Part shown: positions 55,769 through 64,000 of the stretch, piece after piece
Numbering within the stretch: position 1 is the stretch's first letter
Layout: the number at the start of each line of letters is the position of its first letter
Assembly (NCBI GenBank): GCA_963801605.1
Contig: CAWDFP010000007.1
Span: 352,001 to 416,000, forward strand
Source: an uncultured candidate division Zixibacteria bacterium
GTDB taxonomy: Bacteria; Zixibacteria; MSB-5A5; UBA10806
DNA length: 64,000 nucleotides
Direction: 5' to 3'
The notes under the pieces: model-generated
The model's database searches: none
Seen by the model: the letters and a program-made list of their open reading frames with translations, nothing else
Told to the model about the DNA's origin: nothing
Made by a program: the position numbers and the translations under genes

Positions 55769-56211
55769 ATTGCGACGAGAGCAGAATGTTTCTTTCCGCC
55801 CTTGTGGATAACGAACTGGATGCCGAGCAAAAGAAATTGGTGACGGAGCATCTGGTAAATTGCGAGGATTGTCGACTGGAGTATGCCCGTATGTTGAAAC
55901 TTAAGGAGGTAACCGACGACATGAAATATCTCGATCTTCCCGACCGGCTATGGGCAGGTTACTGGAATGGGATATATAATCGGATCGAGCGGGGATTCGG
56001 CTGGATACTGTTATCTCTGGGAGCGATAATATTAGCGGCGTTTGGCGCCTGGAGGCTGCTCAACGAATTCTTCCTTGACCCTCGGCCGCCGCTGTTACTA
56101 AAGATCGGATTGGGGGCCTTGATAGCGGGAATGATTGTGCTTTTGATATCGGTAATACGCGAACGGATATTCTCACGCGCTCACGATAGATATGAGGAGG
56201 TTGAGTTATGA
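55765..56211 (+). CDS. zf-HC2 anti-sigma factor
   Basis: MNCDE...HLVNCEDC, two TM helices; overlaps the sigma stop codon. Confidence 0.9.
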   Translation: MNCDESRMFLSALVDNELDAEQKKLVTEHLVNCEDCRLEYARMLKLKEVTDDMKYLDLPDRLWAGYWNGIYNRIERGFGWILLSLGAIILAAFGAWRLLNEFFLDPRPPLLLKIGLGALIAGMIVLLISVIRERIFSRAHDRYEEVEL

Positions 56212-56531
56212 TCATCGTTTCAACCGATGATATTAAGGGAAAGAAGATTGTCGAGGTGCTGGGGCTGGTAAAAGGAAATACGGTCCGCGCCCGGCACATA
56301 GGTCAGGATTTCATGGCATTCCTGCGCAATGTAGTGGGCGGCGAGGTACGCAATTATACCAAGTTGATCGCTGAATCGCGTGAGCAGGCGATAGATAGAA
56401 TGGTGGCCCAGGCAGAGCAGCTCGGCGCCAACGCGATTGTCGGCACCAGATTGATAACAGCATCGATAATGCAGGGGTCATCGGAGTTGTTGGCGTTTGG
56501 CACCGCCGTAAAAATAGTGGATGAGAAATAG
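56208..56531 (+). CDS. ybjQ: YbjQ family protein
   Basis: GLVKGNTVR, VVGGE, SREQA, GANAIVG and AFGTAV motifs. Confidence 0.9.
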   Translation: MIIVSTDDIKGKKIVEVLGLVKGNTVRARHIGQDFMAFLRNVVGGEVRNYTKLIAESREQAIDRMVAQAEQLGANAIVGTRLITASIMQGSSELLAFGTAVKIVDEK

Positions 56532-56604
56532 CGGGGGTTTTGACCTTCGGCAAAGACCTTTCGGGTCCTTAAAAAACGAGATACAAGATTTGTTACGATA
56601 ATAC

Positions 56605-56638
56605 CGGGTTTCTCGTCCAAGGGACTTTGAACCCGACC
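56605..56638 (-). repeat. Family-1 REP, truncated
   Basis: GGTCGGGTTCAAAGTCCCTTGGACGAGAAACCCG on the minus strand. Confidence 0.7.
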
Positions 56639-56693
56639 AAAAAAACCGGGATTCACTTACGAATCCCGGCTAATTTTTTGGAAATTTAGAATG

Positions 56694-58767
56694 CTATCTC
56701 AATGGTGGAGGGCAATCGATGCAGTAGTGAAGCGCTCCTCCGCGCCTGAGGTAATTGACCAGATAGATAATGTCCAGGCCGTCGACGCTACAACTGCCGT
56801 TGACATCGGCGCTAACCTCCATGGCTCCGTAGGAGGCACAACTGCAGGTTTGCAGGGAATTATTGCCGCCCAGGAAATAGCGCACCAGATAGCTGACATC
56901 AAGGCCATTGGTGATACCGTCACCGTTGATGTCGCCGGCTCCATACTGGCATCCCCCCTGCGTTACAACCATGCTGACGGGGATATCGAGAGAAAGATTA
57001 TTTTCGTCGTTGGTGCGAAGCTTCAGGATAACATCATAAGTACCGTCGGAAAGGCCCTCGCTGTTGAAAGAAAGGCTAACCGCCTGGTTTCCGCCAGCAG
57101 GAATGGGGCCTTCATGCGGATCGATACCCAGCCATGAAAACGAATTGCGGCCTCCCATATAAAAAGCGGTTGCAAAGTTGCTGTGTATATAATTGGAGTT
57201 GTAAGCAACCTGCAATCCGATTGTGCCTAATAGATTTTCGATACCTACCGAGCACTCGTTAAGCCGTCCCGGACCCATGTTGGCGTATTGATAAATGATC
57301 GTATCGGGGGCAATCATAATAATCTGGAAGGTGAATGTCCCGGCCTGGCGGGTATCTTTAACATTCTGCCAGGTGATAATAGCCGAATCCGATTGGTTGG
57401 AGTAGAAATAGATATTGCCGCCATATTGAAGAGTAAGATCGTCATAAAATACGGCCATCAGGTTGTTGGGCAACGCCTGGTCGGGAATAGCAACGTTATC
57501 CGGAGTATAGAAATAGGCATTCATAAAGTATGCGAGGCCGTTGACGCTAACCTTCACATAGCTATACTGGTGATCGTAGAAGTTGAAGTTAAATCCCAAT
57601 TGCTGGTTGGCCGAGACTCCATCATTGGGATCATTTAAGCTGAGCTGCTGCCCGACCTGAGTGATATCTTTCCAATTATAAATCGGTCCGCCAGAGGAGT
57701 CACTACTGCGCCAATAGTAACCAAAAGCATCCTGCCCGCCGGCCGGCGCCGCCAGCAAATCGTAGCGCATTTCGCCGCTTGCCGGTATTAATGAGGTTCA
57801 AGGTTCTGGTTCTCAGGGCATGATCAGGCAGATCAATTGAGAAGGATTCCGGATCATATACGAGCGCCGGCAAACCGCCTTCTCGATAGATTGGCCGTTG
57901 AGTATAATTTCCGAACGAGGCCGAACCGTACTGGATATAGAAAAAGCCGTGCATTCCCCAGCCCGGGCCCCAGCTATTTTTAACTATCCAGGCGCCCTGT
58001 CCATCGCACATATTGTCATCCCATCCAACAATAAGTACGGCATGATTAATGGGCTCCCCGCCGGCATGGGAATAACAGCCGCTGCGATAACCGTAAAAAT
58101 CATCATAAACGGTAAACGTGGTGGATAGCGGTCCATACATCAGGGCATTTTTAATGGCGTTAACATTATTAGCCACATCCACAAATCCAATGATATTGGC
58201 GATTGGCTGGCATTGATCCTGAGTGCAGGGGATTTGATCATCGCCACCGTAAGGCATACAAGTTTCAGCGACTGCGCCGTAATCAATGAAGAGGTTATAA
58301 GCATCGCTCATCCAACCGCCCCGACAACTGGATGTTCCGCTGTTGCAGGAAAGAACCTGCTGTTCGGAAAAATCGGGGACGCTATCCTCGGCAATGATAT
58401 AAGCAGATTCAAAAGCGGCAGTAGCGGCAAAAGCCCAGCAAGAACCACATTGGCCCTGATCGGTGACCGGTGAGACGCCACCAAGATCACGCCAATCGAA
58501 ATGGCTCTCGGTATTAAGAAGAGTCGGCGGCGCAGTGCTATCGAGTTGAGCGAAACGCTGTTTGACATATTCAGGAATTATGACACCGAGCCTTTGATGA
58601 CGTTCTTCCAGCGTCAAATCCATCATGGAGGTCTGATCGGCGGTCCAGCTCAGGCCGTTGTCCTCAATATATTTTTGGATTTGCAGAACTTCCTGCGAAA
58701 CCTTGGCGTTGACGGGAGACCAAATAAAAAGAATGGCCGCAAACAAAATGCCGGCAGTAGTACGCAT
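56694..58767 (-). CDS. Secreted papain-like (C1) cysteine peptidase with a GGxD-GY/NIDO-like domain and a C-terminal dockerin (frameshift near 57780)
   Basis: QGQCGSCWAF, NHAVLIVGW, KNSWG; GGQDAFGYYW; GDINGDGITNGLDVSYL...ADVNGSCSVDGLDIIYL. Confidence 0.88.
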
Positions 58768-58912
58768 CGAGTACCTCCAATTGGTATTTCGTAAACTCAC
58801 GCCATAAACTTACATAATAATAAGGTTTTGTCAATTAAAGATATTGCCTGGCACTATAAAAAAAGCCCCCATTTAGAAAATGGCGGCTTTAATAGTTAAT
58901 TATTATTGAATT

Positions 58913-59626
58913 TTATTGGATTTGCCCGACCCTAAATTGCCCCGGTTTACCTAAAATCGGGATACAATTGCCTCTATGGGGATTATTGCCGCTGCCTCGA
59001 AGGTAAAGCAGAAGATAGTTGACATCCAACCCGGAAACATCGCAGCTTCCATTGCAATCGGCGCGCAGAAATGGTTCGGGTGGCGTTGGGCCGCCCTTAA
59101 AATAGTTAACCAAATATATCACGTCTACACCGTCAACACTCCCGGAGTTATTAACATCACCCGGAAGAAAATAGGAAGGATCGGCGGGAGCGGAGGTTTT
59201 TAGCGGTGAATTGGAAAGAGGCGAACAATTGCCGTCATCATCATAAGCTTTGATGCAAAAATAGTAGCTGGCTCCGGGATCCAGGCCTCTGACCAGCATC
59301 GAATCTATCTGGCCGCTTAAGCCTGGCGCCGGCACTCCGCCGATTTGGATCGACCGATTCCATTGTCCTTCGTTATCAATCGGTCCCTGATCGGCCGGGA
59401 TGCATCGCAAATCATAATATGCGGCGCGGCCAATATCACCATCATCACCGGTCGCAGTCCAATGCAAGATTACATCTCCGGGAATAATTTCTAATGCTAA
59501 AACGGGAGAATCGAGTTTAGTTTGAGGGTTTCCAGTCGCTGCCAGGCCGTTCTTTTGCCCCGCTATTAGAATCGAGCCTGCAATTAAAGTACTCGCAATC
59601 AGCCATCTGCCGCTAAGGTACTTCAT
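58913..59626 (-). CDS. Secreted FN3-like protein with a C-terminal dockerin
   Basis: LHWTATGDDG...YDLR...GLDPGASYYFCIKAYD...SN; GDVNNSGSVDGVDVIYL...ADCNGSCDVSGLDVNYL. Confidence 0.85.
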   Translation of the reverse strand: MKYLSGRWLIASTLIAGSILIAGQKNGLAATGNPQTKLDSPVLALEIIPGDVILHWTATGDDGDIGRAAYYDLRCIPADQGPIDNEGQWNRSIQIGGVPAPGLSGQIDSMLVRGLDPGASYYFCIKAYDDDGNCSPLSNSPLKTSAPADPSYFLPGDVNNSGSVDGVDVIYLVNYFKGGPTPPEPFLRADCNGSCDVSGLDVNYLLLYLRGSGNNPHRGNCIPILGKPGQFRVGQIQ

Positions 59627-60012
59627 CCATCCTCCTTGAGTACGGCATTATGGGTTAAATCAAGTTTGCCCACACCATCGAGCAAACAAACACCTCATCT
59701 TTTGTAAGGGAATCCTCGTTTCCCTACTGTTATAAAAGTTTGACGCGTTCATTGCCGTTCGCCTAACTAAAGGCCGGAGACGAAAAATCCAAGGATGATC
59801 CCTGATTTTCATTGATGGAGTTTTCGATAAGGGGAATGTATCTTCGAGAACTCGAATAGACCATTTGGCAACAATTTGCCGGTAATCCGACTCATGCTGC
59901 TATCGAGCCCTTTGCCGCTTAAGCACGTCATACATCCTCCTTGCGTACGGCAATCGACATTGCGTGGCCGCCTGCTTACACCGTCAGACAGGCAGTCTTC
60001 TTAAATTGTAAT

Positions 60013-60168
60013 GGTTGTGACCTTAATCGGAAGAATTCACAGAAGCTAATTAATGGAGCTTCCTGCGGCCCCCACGATCGATCCCTGATCGATCCTCCCA
60101 TAGCCAGCAGGCCAAGGTCACCTACCTTGTCAGGCGCAATTATACAAGCGCGTTGCCTACGGGGTCAA
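60013..60168 (-). promoter_or_regulatory. Sigma70 promoter followed by a structured 5' leader
   Basis: TTGACC (60168-60163), 18-nt spacer, TATAAT (60144-60139); GTGACCTT/AAGGTCAC closing stem. Confidence 0.6.
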
Positions 60169-60337
60169 GTAATTTTTATAATATAATTTTATTTTAAATA
60201 GGTCCATAATTGTTACAAGGCGATATTAAAATATGTTGCGAAAAGTGAATTGTATAATGTCAGTATTTAAAAATCGAACGGCCAGGCTAAAAATTATCCC
60301 GGCCGAACCTGAAAATTACTTTAACGATAGAACGAGC

Positions 60338-62070
60338 TTACTGCTCAAGATCGGTAGAAAGCTTATAGCGCAAAATACGATTATTGCCGGTATCAGCAAC
60401 GTACACGGTACGGCGATCGCCGAAGATATCGTAGGTGATTCCGCCTGGTGAACTCATTTGAATTGCCATCTTAAATTTAAGGGCAAATCCGTTACGAATG
60501 CCGGTAGCCGGAGTCGTCAGGCCCTTGGAACCGTTGGGGCTTTCGATACCCACTGTAGCAGAATCTCCCCATCCGGAGGAGCTTTTATACTGGAATACAA
60601 TGGAGCTATCAGCGGGATTTAAGATAAGCTCGAAAGTTTTGCCAAGGGTATCGGCAGTATTTGGTACGTTGTCATACTGGATAACGAAGAGATTGGAGGC
60701 TGGATCGTGCCAATAATAGATCCCCGATGATGTCACCGACGGGTCTAAAGCCTCTCCGAAAACGGAAAGAACGGCGTTGGGAAGAACAGCGTTCGGAATT
60801 ACCGGGGCGGTGGGCAATTGTGCAAGAGGAAGGAAACTGCACCAACCGTTCGAAGTTATGCTGATGCTATCATAATTAGCAGTATAGAAATTAAAAGCTC
60901 TTCCCATTGGAACGCGGACAGAGGAGTTTGGCAGAAGACCGGTAGCAGTACCGGCTCCACCCTTTTGAGGATTGATTTCAATCCAGTTGTAGGTTAAGCC
61001 TTCATTATCATCGATACTAATCATCGAATATAACTGATCAATCGGCTTTAGGAGCGCGCCCTGCTTGGAGAATTTGACGGCGCCCGCATATCTGTCGGGG
61101 CCGCCATCAACTACATAGATATTGCCCTGAGGATCGACAGTAGCGCCTTTGGGACATGCTGAAAAAGCCACGGCGCAACAGATCGGTTTCGGACGGACTG
61201 TGAGTGTAGTTAAAGACCCAATGTCTGATCCCAAACCTGACGTTCGCAGCGTAAGATCGTGAACCGGGATAGCTTCCTGAATCCTGGCAGACAATAAGAT
61301 GAGTTGCACCAGAGAGCTGGTAGGCATAGATAGAGTTGGGGAGTGTGGTGGTGGTGACGCCGTTGCCGGTAATAACGATGGGATTAATTAAAGTATCACC
61401 AACGACGCCCAGCTAAGGAGTTCATGATTAGTCGAGTCAACTCCAAAAATCCGGTCAAGGAGGGAATCAGCATTCTCTCGATTATCACCGAATCCCCGGA
61501 ACCATAGTACGCGGCCGTTATTCATGCGATTTGACGAGACGGCCACAAAATAAGTTTTATCATAGGCCGGAATATCGGTTATCGATATAAATCGGTCAGT
61601 CGAATCGATCATAGCATGATGTTTGACGCGAGTAGTATCGTTATAGGGAATATTGATCGTAATCGAACGCAACTTTAGGAATACCGTCTCCGCCGGGGCC
61701 AACATCAATTTTATAAACCTTCTTCTCCCCCGTTACCACCAGCAGCCGCATGAGCTCGTCCTGAGCTGACAGAAATCGGGTTATTGATGGCATATTCGGC
61801 CCGAATCGTACCGGCGGCGTCAAGCTGCAGGATACGATTGTTACCGGTATCGGCTATGTAGAGGTAGGTATCATGTCCAAAATAGATGCAGGTGGGACGT
61901 GAGAAGTTGTAGCCGTGAGCGGCGTCCCAGGGCGGATTGAGCATCAGATATAAAGTATCACCAAGGTTACCCGTCGGCGGAACCTCAGTTGGAAGTTTCA
62001 TTTTTTCCCCGCAGGCGAAAACAATAGCCAGAACGAGCAAAATCAGAGGCAGTACCCAGCGTCTATTCAC
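60338..62070 (-). CDS. NHL-repeat lipoprotein with an inserted NIDO-like domain (several frameshifts)
   Basis: Lipobox VFAC; LYIADTGNNRI and VYVADTGNNRI repeats; split over the ORFs at 61711, 61388 and 60338. Confidence 0.7.
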
Positions 62071-63063
62071 TAAAAGCTCCATTGTAAGGAAAATGTATTG
62101 GAGTTACCCAGATCGCCTACAGCGGCGTAAGCATAGTCGAGGCTGCTCTTGGTGGAAAACAGATCGAACTTCAGTCCCAAACCAACTGAATAGCTCTGGG
62201 TATCGTTGCTTAACTTATAACCGCCCCGAAGAAAAAGGCTTTTATTTAAGCCATATTCGGTGCCGAATGAAAAGGACTCGGCATTATCGGTGGGGTGATC
62301 GAGTTGAACCGAAGCCTGCCAGGCGTTATTTTGATTACTCATAATATCGGCGGCCACTCCGATTCTAAAAACGGTCGGAGGAGAAAACGATTGATATGAT
62401 TTGGGAATTATTTCGCCGGAGGGATTGGTATAGTTATACGAGCCGCCCGGCTTGACCTGCTGGCCAAAATTTGAAAGAGTAACCGAAAAACGGGTATTAT
62501 GATAGTTAGTTTGGTAGTAAGTCCCGAGATCGAGCAGGAAACCTCGCATTCTCAGGTTCTCCAGGCTCTCCTGGGCAAATTTCGCGGTGGCTCCAAATGA
62601 GAAGAAGTCAGTCAGGCGCTGACAGAAACTCAAGCCCACGGCCATATCGGCGAAACCAAACTTGTCGCCGGTACCATAAGGATGATACTCGTCGGTGACA
62701 TTCATATCGGGCGTTCCCAGATAGAGGAAACTGACTCCCACCGCGCGATCATCGCTAAGTTTCATGCTGTAGCCGGCGTAGTCGTAACTGACATCAACCA
62801 CCCACATATTATGCGAGAGAGCGACCATGTGAGATTCGCCCCAGACCATGGTGGCAGGATTCCAGTACAACCCGTAACCGTCCTCGCTGGCACAAGCGAC
62901 AGCGTTACCCATAGCGGCCGCCCTGGCGCCGGCCCCAAGCTTGAGAAATTGCATGGCGGCGGTTCCGGAGCGAGCGGCTCCCAAACGCGGCAGTATATTC
63001 CAGGCCAATGCCAGCGACTGGCGCCAGAAAGGCGATAATCAGAACGCAGGCGAATGCCTTCAT
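62070..63063 (-). CDS. PorV/PorQ family protein (frameshift in the signal peptide)
   Basis: FLKLGAGARAAAMGNA...YWNPA; ATG at 63063 begins a signal peptide in another frame. Confidence 0.85.
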
Positions 63064-63065
63064 CT

Positions 63066-64000
63066 TTACCATGAGAAGGACACCCCCATCTTAACATTTC
63101 TTGGGTTAAGATACCTGGCAGGATTGAAAGGAAACGGAGTCAGCGGCGATGGATCGGGGTTCAAGGGATCGTTCCAGGTATCGAGGACGGGATCGCCATA
63201 CTCGTAGGCCCGTCCGGTTAAAGGATTGATAATATCGGAGTTTTTATCGTTGAATAAATTGGTGATCTCGGCAAAAACAGAAAAACGTAATCCCATCGGA
63301 CGGAAAAATTTCTTAATGCTGAAATCAACCCAGTGCCAGGTTTGCGAAAGCCCGGAGTTAGGGTTCAGATTATTGGCTATGTATTGAACCTGCTCACCCT
63401 GCCTCTCAATCCTGGTGTAGGTGGTATATCTCTTCCCGGACTGGAAGAAGGATCTCAAATAGAAGTCCCAATCGGAGGGCAACGTTAGGCCAAAGACATT
63501 ATAGTGATCTTTGGGGCCGGCGTATAAATTTAAATCCAGCGCCAGGCGCAAGGGGCGATCCCAGGAGAGATAATTTTCCTTAATCGATCTTTCAGCAAGC
63601 TGTCCTCTGGCGACCAGAAGCTCATCTTTGGGAGATGAGGATTTGCCGGTAGCAATTGAATAGGACCCGGTCAGATCGGCCGTGAAAAATCTGCCGGCTC
63701 GCTTTTTATATTCTATTTCAAGACCTCGTGAACGGGCATAATCGAGATTGAAATACATGAGGTAGGACTGGGTGCTGGTTCGTCCGGTTTGAGTAATTTT
63801 GAGAGCGGCGATATAATCGAAAATATCGCGGTAATAAGCGGTCACGGTAAGAACATCGTTGGTGGTAACTTCATAGCGCAGATCCAAGCTCATAGGATAC
63901 CGTAGTTTCGGGATTGAGATCGGGATTGCCAAAGAGCTGATAGGTGGATTGCGAAATGGAATTCAGCTTGGCATAAACTCTTTGCGGCTGGGGCAGCTTG
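63066..64000 (-). CDS. TonB-dependent receptor-like barrel, C-terminal part (truncated; frameshift near 63883)
   Basis: GNPDLNPETTVSYELG, YARSRGLEIE, NLFND and PRNVKMGVSFSW motifs. Confidence 0.85.

Noticed and set aside
59660..59680. GGCAAAC as a c-di-GMP-I riboswitch
   Set aside because: No GAAA-loop stem or second GCAAA element follows

Overview
Chromosomal window of a Gram-negative bacterium, most consistent with the FCB superphylum (Zixibacteria-like; inferred from the abundance of Cys-containing dockerins, FlgD/T9SS-type C-terminal domains and PorV/PorQ-family genes). Housekeeping genes include uvrB, a fused fungal-type homoaconitase, a homoisocitrate/isopropylmalate dehydrogenase, nicotinate PRTase, ppx, a menG/ubiE-family methyltransferase, a prenyl synthase, an ECF sigma/anti-sigma pair, a sigma54 activator and a GAF-kinase cluster. 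The main signal is a surface-display system. Four secreted proteins, including a papain-like protease, end in dockerins with the same predicted recognition residues. Three cohesin-like proteins cluster at 36.8-41.7 kb, two of them fused to T9SS-type CTDs. This suggests a cellulosome-like but non-cellulolytic complex, alongside PorV-family genes and a PEP-CTERM/exosortase module. Other candidates are a RAYT transposase homolog lacking its HUH motif, dispersed GTAG-REP hairpins, an unassigned ~225-nt structured RNA at 16.6-16.8 kb, a structured ~500-nt leader with a duplicated RBS hairpin at 59.6-60.2 kb, and a His-less pseudo-kinase. At least nine genes carry frameshifts that are probably long-read consensus errors. 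No CRISPR array, rRNA or tRNA was seen. All family assignments come from motif recognition by eye, not database searches.
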